A DNA stretch of 64,000 nucleotides. Source: Nitrospirota bacterium. GTDB lineage: Bacteria > Nitrospirota > UBA9217. A program made the translations under genes and the position numbers. Below are positions 30,323 through 39,634 of the stretch, piece after piece. Each line of letters starts with the position of its first letter. Position 1 is the stretch's first letter. The notes beneath the pieces are model-generated. The model was given only the letters and a program-made list of their open reading frames with translations. It ran no database searches and had not been told where the DNA came from. Location: assembly GCA_963845065.1 (NCBI GenBank), contig CAWJQQ010000009.1, positions 544,001 to 608,000 of the forward strand, read 5' to 3'.

Positions 30323-30587
30323 GGGATCTGGTCATCACCGTATCATACAACATGGCCCCTTTTTTTTATCGCTTCGTTGAAAGTACAAGAAGGGCTTTGT
30401 ATTTTTGCAGGACTGACTTTCATGTAAAACTGCGCATGATAGAGTTCCCGTTGCCTCATAATAAAATGTTACCTGAGGAGACCTATATCTTTGGGTTTAG
30501 TTTTTGAATATTTTTTTCAGCTTCTCATCTATGGTGTTTCTGTGTTCAAAGGGGTTCAAGGTTTTGTAGGGCTCCTTGAGTGATTGC

Positions 30588-30616
30588 TTGACAACCAGCG
30601 AACTCGTCAGTATAAT
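30588..30616 (+). promoter_or_regulatory. Consensus sigma70 promoter
   Basis: TTGACA-17 nt-TATAAT. Confidence 0.8.
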
Positions 30617-30681
30617 TTCATTCGGCAACCTGCTTATCGCCTGGCGGAGGACAGGATGAACAGGAGAGGGAGCAGCAGCAG

Positions 30682-31443
30682 ATGGACCAGCCGTGCAGAT
30701 GGATGGGCATATTTGCGGAACGATTCAGGCATCAGCTCCCACTCGATGTTGAACACTGTTCACCGATCGCGCTCCGTGCCATTATCCTCGACGTACAGAC
30801 GCCTGCGCATATACTTGACCGGATCGCCCAGACCTATAGCGACGACGAGGAGCTTTTGCGCGACCTCGTGCTCTGCCCCAACCTTGATGAAACCACGCTG
30901 GTGTTCATCGCACTGACAGCATCGGAAGAAATTAAAAATTACATTGCTCGAACTCGGGTTGTTGAAGTCGTGATGGGGGAACCTTCAGTCGATGGTATAA
31001 ACGAACCAAGACGTGAAGAGAAAAAACTCAACATACTGCAGGTCATTCAGAGAATGAGCCCCTCCCAGAAAATAAAACTGGCCTTAACGGGGACAAAGGA
31101 CGCGCGCGGTATACTTATCCGGGAATCGAGCAAAATCATTTCGTTGTCGGTGCTCGGGAACCCACGGATCACGATCGGGGAGATCGAGTTTTTTGCCAAG
31201 TCGCCGAACCTGAGCGAAGACGTTATTCGCAAAATCGGGACAAACACCGAATGGACGAGGAAAAATACCGTCGTCAGCTCGCTAGTGAGCAACCCCAAAA
31301 CGCCAGTTGGCGTTTCGCTGCCCTTTGTGAACAGATTATCTGAGCGGGAACTTGCCGTCTTGGAAAAGAGCCGCAGCATTCCTGAAGCGGTACGGACAGC
31401 GGCGAGGAATTTCCTCATCAAAAGAAAGATGGGTAAAAGTTAA
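30682..31443 (+). CDS. Conserved hypothetical alpha-helical repeat protein
   Basis: KIKLALTG.KDARGILIR...VLGNPRIT...LVSNPKTP short helical repeats; promoter and RBS upstream. Confidence 0.8.
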   Translation: MDQPCRWMGIFAERFRHQLPLDVEHCSPIALRAIILDVQTPAHILDRIAQTYSDDEELLRDLVLCPNLDETTLVFIALTASEEIKNYIARTRVVEVVMGEPSVDGINEPRREEKKLNILQVIQRMSPSQKIKLALTGTKDARGILIRESSKIISLSVLGNPRITIGEIEFFAKSPNLSEDVIRKIGTNTEWTRKNTVVSSLVSNPKTPVGVSLPFVNRLSERELAVLEKSRSIPEAVRTAARNFLIKRKMGKS

Positions 31444-31519
31444 GTCCCTTTTTACTTTCCCCGCGTAGTTGGAGATCCTATTTTATCAAGACCACCATGT
31501 TAGGAGACAGCTAATCTTT

Positions 31520-32512
31520 ATGAAGCGAATATTGTTATTCGCTATTTTTGCGCTCGTGCTCACCAGCACGTGTGCGCGGCAAAAGACCGTGCAGAAAACC
31601 GAAGCGATTATGGGCACGGATGTTACCTTGACGGTCGTTGCACGGTCTGTTGCGGAGGGCGATGAGGCCATTGACGCGGGCATGGCTGAGTTGCGGCGGC
31701 TTGACGCGATGATGTCACTGTACAAGGACACCAGCGAAATCACAAAAGTGAACTTGGCGGCAGGGAAGCATCCTGTCAAAGTATCTCCAGAGATGATCGA
31801 AGTCGTGGAAGATGGTGCAGAGATCTCGAGGCTCTCGAACGGCATTTTTGATTTGACCATCGGCCCCCTTGTTGTCTTGTGGCAAATGCGGCTGAAAGAA
31901 GGCAAGATCCCGACGGATGCTGAGATTGCCAGGATCAAGCCCTTGGTAAACTACAAAAACGTAGTTGTTAACAAAGAAGCGTCTACGATCTTTCTCAAAA
32001 AAGCCGGAATGATCATGGACTTCGGGGGCATGAAGGGATACGCCGCGGACAGGGTGGCCGGAATATTCAAGAAGCGCGGCATAACTAACGCGGTCATCGC
32101 AGTTGCAGGCGATATCTGGGTACTGGGGCGACGGGATGATGGTAAACCGTGGAGGATTGGTGTGCAGCATCCGCGGGAGCACGACAAGGTCATAGCCGTC
32201 CTAAACCTGAGCAACAAGTATGTTTCCACGTCCGGAGATTATGAACGGTTTGTCATTAAAGGAAACAAGCGCTACCACCACATTATCGACCCGCGAACGG
32301 GGAAGCCTTCGAAGGGAGTCATCTCCGCGACACTCGTGGGGGACAAAGGGGCGTTCATCGATCCTCTTACCAAGGTGCCCTTCATTATGGGACCTGACGA
32401 AGGACTGAAGATCGTAAGTCAGGTAGGTGCCGAGGCCATTATCGTCGACGACCATGGCAAGATCTATACGACTGGTGGCATCAATAAGTTTCTGGACCCG
32501 CAGGCCAAATAA
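31520..32512 (+). CDS. apbE: FAD:protein FMN transferase
   Basis: IMGT, FDLTIGPL, DFGGMKGYAAD, STSGDYER, YHHIIDPRTG. Confidence 0.93.
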   Translation: MKRILLFAIFALVLTSTCARQKTVQKTEAIMGTDVTLTVVARSVAEGDEAIDAGMAELRRLDAMMSLYKDTSEITKVNLAAGKHPVKVSPEMIEVVEDGAEISRLSNGIFDLTIGPLVVLWQMRLKEGKIPTDAEIARIKPLVNYKNVVVNKEASTIFLKKAGMIMDFGGMKGYAADRVAGIFKKRGITNAVIAVAGDIWVLGRRDDGKPWRIGVQHPREHDKVIAVLNLSNKYVSTSGDYERFVIKGNKRYHHIIDPRTGKPSKGVISATLVGDKGAFIDPLTKVPFIMGPDEGLKIVSQVGAEAIIVDDHGKIYTTGGINKFLDPQAK

Positions 32513-32558
32513 TACTTTTCTTGTATTCACAACCCAACGATTCAACGTCAGCGGTTGA

Positions 32559-33041
32559 ATGCTGATTGCTATCCCTATGAGGAGCGACAACTTGAGAAGA
32601 TATTCTCCAAAAAGGGTGATGTTCCTTTGTACAGGGAACTCCTGTCGGAGCCAGATGGCTGAGGGCCTAGCCCGAGAACTGGGAAAAAACTTGCTGGAAC
32701 CCTACAGTGCAGGACTCCTGGCAGCCGGTGTACACCCACGTGCGATAGATGTGCTGAAAGAAATCGGTATCGATATATCGCAACAGAAGTCGAAGGTGAT
32801 TGACGAAGCGCATATCATGACCATGGATATGGTGATTACACTCTGTTCCAGCGCCGAAGAGGCATGCCCCTTTACGCCTCCAGGGATTGAACGGCTCCAC
32901 TGGCCGATCAAGGATCCCGTTGCAACCATCGGATCTGGGGCAGAGGTTATGAAGGATTTCAGACGTGCACGGGACGAAATCAGGATGAAAATCGAGGATT
33001 TAATAAAAAAAATAAAAACTGGAACGAGCCTGAAAACGTGA
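32559..33041 (+). CDS. arsC: Thioredoxin-coupled arsenate reductase (LMWP family); start uncertain
   Basis: CTGNSCRSQMAEG, resolving cysteines in TLCSSAEEACP, HWPIKDP. Confidence 0.88.
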   Translation: MLIAIPMRSDNLRRYSPKRVMFLCTGNSCRSQMAEGLARELGKNLLEPYSAGLLAAGVHPRAIDVLKEIGIDISQQKSKVIDEAHIMTMDMVITLCSSAEEACPFTPPGIERLHWPIKDPVATIGSGAEVMKDFRRARDEIRMKIEDLIKKIKTGTSLKT

Positions 33042-33199
33042 ACAGCGAAGCATGCAACATACCTTGATGAAAAAATAAAACACAGTTTCGTAATTAAAAA
33101 AAATGTTGATTAGGTTTGATGAGGCTGGTAAAATATAAATATGAGAATATTTAATACTCAGGGATAATTTCGGATTAGAATAACAGCAAGGAGGATGTA

Positions 33200-33505
33200 A
33201 TGGTTATTTTGACGGACAATGCGGTAAACAAGTTTAAAGATGTAGTTGCAAAGCAGGGGGTTGCAGGAGACGGTGTAAGGATATTCGTCGTTCCCGGTGG
33301 TTGAAGCCCCTCGTTGGCTATGGACATAGCCAAGGAGGCCCAGTTGGGCGATGCAATCATCGATTTGAAAGGTCTGAAAATTTTTCTGGAGGAGCGGGCA
33401 AACGGCATGCTCATGAATACGAGCATAGACTTCCAAGAGCATCAGGGCTTCGTACTTTCAGGTATGCAGCCTAGCTCATGCGGCTCTTCCTGCAGCAGCT
33501 GCTGA
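33200..33505 (+). CDS. HesB/IscA-like selenoprotein (TGA 33302-33304 = Sec, codon 35)
   Basis: AAGGAGG RBS at 33188, ATG at 33200, MVILTDNAVNKFKDVVAKQGVAGDGVRIFVVPGG-TGA-SPSLAMDI...CGSSCSSC. The TGA sits at the GGC cysteine position of HesB/IscA. Confidence 0.9.
33309..33338 (+). promoter_or_regulatory. Candidate bacterial SECIS element
   Basis: CCTC-g-TTGGCTAT-ggac-ATAGCCAA-g-GAGG; G-led 4-nt loop starting 17 nt after the UGA. Confidence 0.8.
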
Positions 33506-33531
33506 TAGGGGTTCATCTCAAAGTTTCTAGT

Positions 33532-33566
33532 AACCGTTGTTTTCTTTTGAAGGCAACGGTTTTTTT
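33532..33566 (+). terminator. Intrinsic terminator
   Basis: AACCGTTG...CAACGGTT followed by a T-run. Confidence 0.75.
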
Positions 33567-33688
33567 GCGTGACTGGCAACAGAGAATAGCTCATGATACC
33601 GATTAGAGGGTAAATTACGGATTTTCACATATTTACTATACTACTAAAGTACTATAAATGTAAATTCCCTTAAGTGATAGAATAACAC

Positions 33689-33984
33689 TTGTAACTGGCA
33701 AAAAAAACGGTATAATAATTTTATACTATCAGCGGGGCAAGGCTTTCTCGTTTTGGAAGGGGAAGTCGTCTGCACCTTATCATCGATCACTGACTCCTCC
33801 TGCTCTCACATTTTCTCACTTAAAAAGCGACGGCATATCTGGTTGGCGAACGAAGGATGAGGTCTTGCGGACACCCACGCGAGTCCGTGCGCCTTATCGG
33901 AGTCGCGGTATGCCTCAGACAGATGTAACGAGCTAAATGGCATTTGACCGTTAGCCAGAACTTAATATAAATAGAGGAGGCAAC
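33689..33984 (+). promoter_or_regulatory. Promoter and about 260-nt structured 5' leader of the RRM-rpsU operon
   Basis: TTGTAA-16 nt-TATAAT (33689-33716), then several nested and alternative helices before GAGGAGG/ATG 33985. Confidence 0.6.
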
Positions 33985-34314
33985 ATGGCAAAAAAACTTT
34001 ATGTAGGAAATTTATCGTATAACACACACGAGGAGGATTTGCGGGAAGCATTCTCGAAGATAGGTGAAGTGCGGTCCGCCACGCTGATCGTTGATCAGAC
34101 GAACGGCAGGTCAAAGGGATTCGGTTTCGTGGAGATGGCGGCTGACGAGGATGCGGACAAGGCGATCTCTTCCATGAACGGCACCTCATTCATGGACCGG
34201 ACGATCACAGTGAATGAGGCCCGGCCGAAGACGGAAGGTGGGCATTCAGGCTCCGGCGGTAGGGGTAATCGCGGCGGAGGAGGATACGGCGGCGGAGGAC
34301 GGTCTTGGAGATAA
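33985..34314 (+). CDS. RRM RNA-binding protein with Gly-rich tail
   Basis: RNP2 LYVGNL, RNP1 KGFGFVEM, VNEARP, GGRGNRGGGGY. Confidence 0.96.
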   Translation: MAKKLYVGNLSYNTHEEDLREAFSKIGEVRSATLIVDQTNGRSKGFGFVEMAADEDADKAISSMNGTSFMDRTITVNEARPKTEGGHSGSGGRGNRGGGGYGGGGRSWR

Positions 34315-34559
34315 GAGTCCAGTCTCGGGACATTGAAAAGGCCCTGCGGACCCTGAAAAAGAAACTCCAGCTTGATGGTGTATTCGGGGAGCTGAAGAAG
34401 CGGCGCTTTTATGAAAAGCCCTCAGTGAAAAAAAAGAGGAAGCAGGCGGAGGCGCAGAAGCGAAAGCGGAAGCTCCTAAAGCGTACGCGGCCAGTTGGTT
34501 CGGGGACAAGGCCAGGAAAGCCGTTGCAATCACCTGCTGCATTGAGCAAACAGGTCTGA
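34305..34559 (+). CDS. rpsU: 30S ribosomal protein bS21 (TTG start, overlaps the RRM gene)
   Basis: IEKALRTLKKKLQ..G...ELKKRRFYEKPSVKKKRK; GGAGG upstream. Confidence 0.9.
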   Translation: MEIRVQSRDIEKALRTLKKKLQLDGVFGELKKRRFYEKPSVKKKRKQAEAQKRKRKLLKRTRPVGSGTRPGKPLQSPAALSKQV

Positions 34560-34680
34560 AACTGAGGGAACACAACGGTAAAATGGAGCATACATAGTAG
34601 AGAAGAGCTGTCGGTGTTCGATCCGCGCTCACCAAGAAGTCGCGGCTTAGTTCGAATATTTCTTCCCCAGGAGGTATTTA

Positions 34681-34848
34681 GTGGGAAAACCGAATTTTAA
34701 TTTTCAAAAACGTCAGAAGGAACTTGCAAAACAAAAAAAGAACGAGGAAAAAAAGCAACGAAAACTTGACAAAAATGTGGTAAGGCGGCCTGGTGAGGAT
34801 CAGGGTCGGCCGGTGGAAAGTAGAGATGACAATACTGCCGGCGTCTGA
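34681..34848 (+). CDS. 55-aa basic protein (below the ORF-track cutoff)
   Basis: AGGAGGT RBS, GTG start, MGKPNFNFQKRQKELAKQKKNEEKKQRKLDK... Confidence 0.75.
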   Translation: MGKPNFNFQKRQKELAKQKKNEEKKQRKLDKNVVRRPGEDQGRPVESRDDNTAGV

Positions 34849-34892
34849 CACGTGAATAAGAAGTTACGCCAACGTAAAAGAGGTGATGGAGC

Positions 34893-34955
34893 ATGGCAGC
34901 TTCACGGCAAGGAGCGAAGAAAGAAGTAAAAAAACCTAAGAGCAAGAAGAACTAG
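34893..34955 (+). CDS. 20-aa Lys-rich micropeptide
   Basis: GAGGTGATGGAGC before ATG; MAASRQGAKKEVKKPKSKKN. Confidence 0.5.
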   Translation: MAASRQGAKKEVKKPKSKKN

Positions 34956-35031
34956 TCTCTTAATTAATAAATGCCGTTGCGTAACTAACACACGTACTCG
35001 GGTATGATTGTTCTGCGCATGATCTGACCCC

Positions 35032-35240
35032 CTAGAATGTTCCGTCCTTATTCATTCGGCGAATCAGCAGGCGTGGGCTTGCTACAATCACATTTCTACG
35101 ATCTTGTCACCATTGAAGCGGAACAAGTGGAGGGCCGTCATACTTTATTTATAGTGTGTGAGTGCTTGGTCGCCATGTATGGAAGCACCTTCTTCGAAGC
35201 CCCAAACAATATTTGGTTGTGGGAGCATTCACTTTTTTAC
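35032..35240 (-). pseudogene. SnoaL/NTF2-like protein remnant
   Basis: Minus strand LHLFRFNGDKIVEMW, then frameshifted PADSPNE; upstream part disrupted. Confidence 0.45.
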
Positions 35241-35604
35241 TGGTATGTTGCTCATTCTCGATTTCATTCTTTGTACTAGATGGATTCTTGGGATTGGCAA
35301 GCCAGTATTTCTCAAAGCCTGGATACATCACGCGACCGAATAAAAAGGTATCTGCCGATCTTTGTAGAACGAAAACATACTTCCACGTTCCTTCATACTC
35401 TTTCATTGCCTAATCCAAATCTCCGTTGGGTCCTCCAATAAAGCAATCAAGCGTTACTTGTCTGGCGAGAATTACTTGTCTCATTTTGCGATGTACTTCA
35501 ACATAGTGTTTGTGATCAGGCCGTGAACTACCTACTGATGCTAGTTGCTAATAAATAGAACTAAAGTAGTAATTGTTTGTAAAATCATTTTTATTGAGCC
35601 ACAT

Positions 35605-36137
35605 AAAACACCAGACTCCCTTCTGGTGATGTAGTGGCTATCCAGACGAGCGAGCTTTTGATAAGATAGGGCATGCGATATCGTAAAAGTGCCTATGCCA
35701 TCTATAAGACGGAATATCATCTCGTCTGGATACCGAGATATCGGAGAAAATCTTTGTAAAAGGTGTCAAGGAATATGCGGGAAAGACGCTTGCGCATATC
35801 CCTGAACTTGATCCCGATATCGAGGTAATAAAACTCAGTGTTCAGGTTGACCATGTCCACATCGTGATCGTGATACCGCCGAGAATTGCAGTTGCCGAGG
35901 TCGTTCAGTTTATCAAGTCGCAATCGGCAAAAAAGCTAAAGGCGAAATTTCCTTTTCTGCGTAACGCGTATGCTAGCAAAGAAGACATCTAGTCACGAGG
36001 CTACTGTGTGTCGTGTATAGGCTTAAATGAAAAGGAAATTCTCGCCTATGTTGAGTATCAAGAAAAAGAAGACAAAGGGCAACTGCAATTGACGTTGTGA
36101 TTTAAGAAACCCCAGCTCCCGCTGGGGGAGAATCATT
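35605..36137 (+). mobile_element. IS200-type element with both terminal hairpins
   Basis: CACCAGA-ctccct-TCTGGTG (35609-35628) and CCCCAGC-tccc-GCTGGGG (36110-36127) flank a tnpA. Confidence 0.85.
35673..36100 (+). pseudogene. tnpA: IS200 Y1 transposase TnpA with a frameshift and a W-to-TAG stop
   Basis: YHLVWIPRYRRK / IF...DHVHI..IPP...KSQS...I*SRGY...YVEYQ; TAG at 35990-35992. Confidence 0.9.
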
Positions 36138-36600
36138 TCGTTAACAACCCTTTTTTCTTCTCTCTTGAAACCTGGAAACGCTGAAGAGACAAAATAAACA
36201 CTTTATTGTGGATAATTTATATCTACCATAAAAGCGGGGGGATGGAGGGGATACTAAGCTGGGATCAGCATATTAGTTCCCTAGGCTACACATTGCAAAT
36301 AATATATAGCAGGAGATCAAACTAAAATTTTATTGTCAAGAGGACTTATTCGCCCCAAAGCATGCTGTCCTGAATGCAAATGGACCCGAACGCAACCTCG
36401 GGTCTCGCTTCCCGTGAATCCCGGATCAAGCTGAGATAACGTGGATTTAACCGTATATATGAATTTTCGCAAGCAATATAAAGGGGACATTATTGCTCCT
36501 TTATTTCAAAAGAACGATGGAATAAGTTTGACAATACAGCCAATTATGATATAGTTTTGGTAAACAGACACGTATTCAAATTGGGAAAGGGGAATTTGAG

Positions 36601-37596
36601 ATGACAAAATCTGATTTAACAGCAATGACGGTGGCTGAACTCAAAGCCCTGGCCAAGAAGAAGAAAGTGTCCTTATCTCCAAATGGGAAGAAGGCCGATA
36701 TTGTCAAGGCTCTTCTGACGTCGGAAAAGATCAAGAAGCCCGCCGTAAAGAAAGCGATAGCAGTAACAAAACGAGCGGTCAAGAAAGTAGCAAGGGCTTC
36801 GAAGCGGGCGATTCAGACATCGGCGCGGATAAAGAAACATACGACGATCAAGGCGTCCGTAGTGGTAGAGCCAGTAGCAGCGACCCTACCACGCACTACT
36901 TCGGGCGAACCAGTAAAAGTTACCGTCCCGAAACAGGAATGGAAACTTCCCCCGCTTGCCGAAGAACCGCAGCTGGCGCAGGAAAGGGTGGCAGAATCCA
37001 AGTATTATACAGGGTCGGTCACGCGGGAGCTTATGCCAGCACATGGCGAGTTGCCGAAGGGCTACGGGGAAGACAAAATCGTACTCATGATGCGTGATCC
37101 TTTCGTAGCTTATGCTTACTGGGAAGCAACACCATCGCGTATTGAACGAGAGCGGGCATGGTTCGGCTGGGGCAGCAAACTCTGCCTCCGTATATATGAC
37201 GTGACTGGCGTGCAGTTTGACGGTCGGAACGCCATTGGGTATTTTGATCAAGAAATTTCAGACAGGACCGGAAACTGGTATTTTGACCTTGGCAGGCCAA
37301 GTCATTCGTTCTGCGCGGATCTAGGGTTGCTCGCTCCGGAAGGACGGTTCCTGACGCTGGCGCGGTCGAACTACATCACCATGCCGCTTGACACGGCGTC
37401 CGATGTTATTGATGAAGAGTGGATGCTTGTCGACGAGGAGTTTTGGAAGCTCTACGGCTATCCTGACGCCATGCCCGGTAGTTTGTCGTCTTCGCAGATG
37501 CAGGAAATGGTGCGGCGTCGACGACTGCTCGAGATCTCTTCGCCCGGTTTGTTTCCCCGCGAGCGGCAGAAGCGGAAACAGAAGCACAAGTCCTGA
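36601..37596 (+). CDS. DUF4912-domain protein with Rho-N-like N-terminus
   Basis: MTVAELKALAK, LPKGYGEDKIVLMMRDP..AYAYWE, LRIYDVT, NWY, LARSN; promoter TTGACA-16-TATAGT at 36528-36555. Confidence 0.88.
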   Translation: MTKSDLTAMTVAELKALAKKKKVSLSPNGKKADIVKALLTSEKIKKPAVKKAIAVTKRAVKKVARASKRAIQTSARIKKHTTIKASVVVEPVAATLPRTTSGEPVKVTVPKQEWKLPPLAEEPQLAQERVAESKYYTGSVTRELMPAHGELPKGYGEDKIVLMMRDPFVAYAYWEATPSRIERERAWFGWGSKLCLRIYDVTGVQFDGRNAIGYFDQEISDRTGNWYFDLGRPSHSFCADLGLLAPEGRFLTLARSNYITMPLDTASDVIDEEWMLVDEEFWKLYGYPDAMPGSLSSSQMQEMVRRRRLLEISSPGLFPRERQKRKQKHKS

Positions 37597-37646
37597 TCCC
37601 TATGGACCTGCTGGGTGAAAAGGTTCCAATCCTGAAGCGAGCTTGC

Positions 37647-37680
37647 AAAGTCCATCCGAATATGGGTGGACTTTTCTTTT
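37647..37680 (+). terminator. Intrinsic terminator
   Basis: AAAGTCCATCC-gaatat-GGGTGGACTTT followed by TCTTTT. Confidence 0.8.
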
Positions 37681-37990
37681 ACCTCTTATCGTCATGAGAG
37701 AGATTTTATCTCTGAGCAAAGGATAGTGAAGCAACGGCGCTCTAGGGATGCAAAGATAGCATATATTCTAAAGTTGCCACAGGTAAAAACCACGAGTTCA
37801 GCGCATCTAATTATCAATATTTTTTAATCGGAAATGACACTACTATCCACCTTTACATTTACTCACAGGTGAGGGGTAATGCCGCCGTAGGCCCTCCCTT
37901 GATGTGAGGGTTGGGGGGACGATGATTGGATGACTTTGATAAACAGGCTCTCTAGGGTTCCCGCGTGTTCATGTCATGGAAGGCGATTGC

Positions 37991-39634
37991 ATGGTAAAAA
38001 AGGAAGATAGTGTCGTTCGCAGGAGCAGTAAAAATAAGAACAAGAAAGACAGTACGGAAAAAGGCTATCTTGCGCTGGTTCTGCACTGTCATTTGCCCTA
38101 TGTGCGGCATCCCGAGCACGACCGGTTCCTTGAAGAGGACTGGCTCTATGAGGCGATCACGGAAACGTACATTCCACTCATCAACGTTTTCGAGGCGCTT
38201 ATCAATGACGGTGTCGATTTTCGACTTACCATGAGCCTGACCCCCACGCTCATTTCAATGCTGACCGATGCACTTCTCCAGCAGCGTTATCGCCGGCATA
38301 TCAGTCGGCTGATCGAACTTGCAGAGAAGGAAATCGTGCGCACGAAGAACGAACCGGAATTCAATTCCTTGGCACGCATGTACTTCGACCTGTTTCTTAA
38401 TGCACGATACGTGTTCGAAGAAAAATATGGACGAAACTTGGTGAATGCTTTTCGCAGGTTCCAGGACCTTGGAAAGATCGAGATCGTCACCTGTGGCGCC
38501 ACACACGGGTTTCTGCCGCTCATGAAGAACGAGAATGCAGTCCGCGCACAGATCCAAGTCGCAGTCGATCTTCATACAAAGCATCTCGGTAGGACGCCGA
38601 AAGGTATCTGGTTACCTGAGTGCGGTTATTACGAGGGGCTTGACGAGATCCTAGACGAAGCTGGTATCCGTTATTTCTTTACGGACTCCCACGGCGTTTT
38701 TCACGCGACTCCTCGACCAAAGTACGGTGTATATGCGCCGATTTTCTGTCGCTCTGGCGTTGCCGCCTTCGCTAGGGACGTCGAATCGTCCAAGCAGGTC
38801 TGGAGCTCCGTTGAAGGATATCCAGGCGATTATAATTATCGCGATTTCTATCGCGATATCGGCTTTGATCTGGACTTCGACTATGTGAAGCCCTACCTGC
38901 ATCCCGACGGGATTCGCGTGAACCTCGGCATAAAGTATTATAAGATCACTGGCAACACTAATTTCAAGGAACCGTACAACCGTCAATGGGCAATCGAGAA
39001 GGCAGCAGTGCACGCAGGAAATTTTCTGTTCAACCGTGTGAAGCAGATTGAATGGCTCTCCGGCGCATTTCAGGACCGGAAACCCATTATCGTCGCCCCC
39101 TATGATGCGGAGCTGTACGGTCACTGGTGGTTTGAAGGACCGGACTGGATCAACTATCTCATCCGCAAAACTGTCTATGACCAAAAAACGATACGCCTCA
39201 TTACACCACTTGAGTATCTGGAAGAGAACCCCAGGTGCCAAATTGCGACACCCTCCGCGTCCAGCTGGGGCTACAAAGGTTACTCCGAGGTCTGGCTAAA
39301 CGGTGCCAACGACTGGATATACCCTCACCTCCACCGGGCTGCGGATCGGATGATAGAGCTGGCGCAGGCTGTCCCAGAGGCCGACGGAGTGATGCGGCGG
39401 GCGCTGAACCAGGCTGCGCGGGAACTGCTCCTCGCGCAGAGCTCGGACTGGGCATTTATTATGAAGACTGGAAGCCACGTGGAATACGCCGAGCGGAGGA
39501 CAAAGGAACATTTGCTAAGGTTTATGAAGCTATTCGAAGATATCAAGGCGAATCATATTGACGAGACGTGGCTTAACGATTTAGAATACCAAGACAATAT
39601 ATTCCCCGATATAGACTATCGAGTGTATGCTTAG
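37991..39634 (+). CDS. GH57 1,4-alpha-glucan branching enzyme (DUF1957)
   Basis: LHCHLPYVRH, ETYIPL, GIWLPEC, YDAELYGHWWFEG, ELLLAQSSDWAF. Confidence 0.93.
   Translation: MVKKEDSVVRRSSKNKNKKDSTEKGYLALVLHCHLPYVRHPEHDRFLEEDWLYEAITETYIPLINVFEALINDGVDFRLTMSLTPTLISMLTDALLQQRYRRHISRLIELAEKEIVRTKNEPEFNSLARMYFDLFLNARYVFEEKYGRNLVNAFRRFQDLGKIEIVTCGATHGFLPLMKNENAVRAQIQVAVDLHTKHLGRTPKGIWLPECGYYEGLDEILDEAGIRYFFTDSHGVFHATPRPKYGVYAPIFCRSGVAAFARDVESSKQVWSSVEGYPGDYNYRDFYRDIGFDLDFDYVKPYLHPDGIRVNLGIKYYKITGNTNFKEPYNRQWAIEKAAVHAGNFLFNRVKQIEWLSGAFQDRKPIIVAPYDAELYGHWWFEGPDWINYLIRKTVYDQKTIRLITPLEYLEENPRCQIATPSASSWGYKGYSEVWLNGANDWIYPHLHRAADRMIELAQAVPEADGVMRRALNQAARELLLAQSSDWAFIMKTGSHVEYAERRTKEHLLRFMKLFEDIKANHIDETWLNDLEYQDNIFPDIDYRVYA

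Noticed and set aside
33503..33508. TGA-TAG after CSSC as a second, C-terminal Sec
   Set aside because: No SECIS-like hairpin follows, only a terminator. A tandem stop is the simpler reading.
36230..36445. tRNA or riboswitch upstream of the DUF4912 gene (similar stretches at 37865-37920 and 44700-44790)
   Set aside because: No cloverleaf or aptamer core. They look like degenerate short palindromic repeats, too eroded to delimit.
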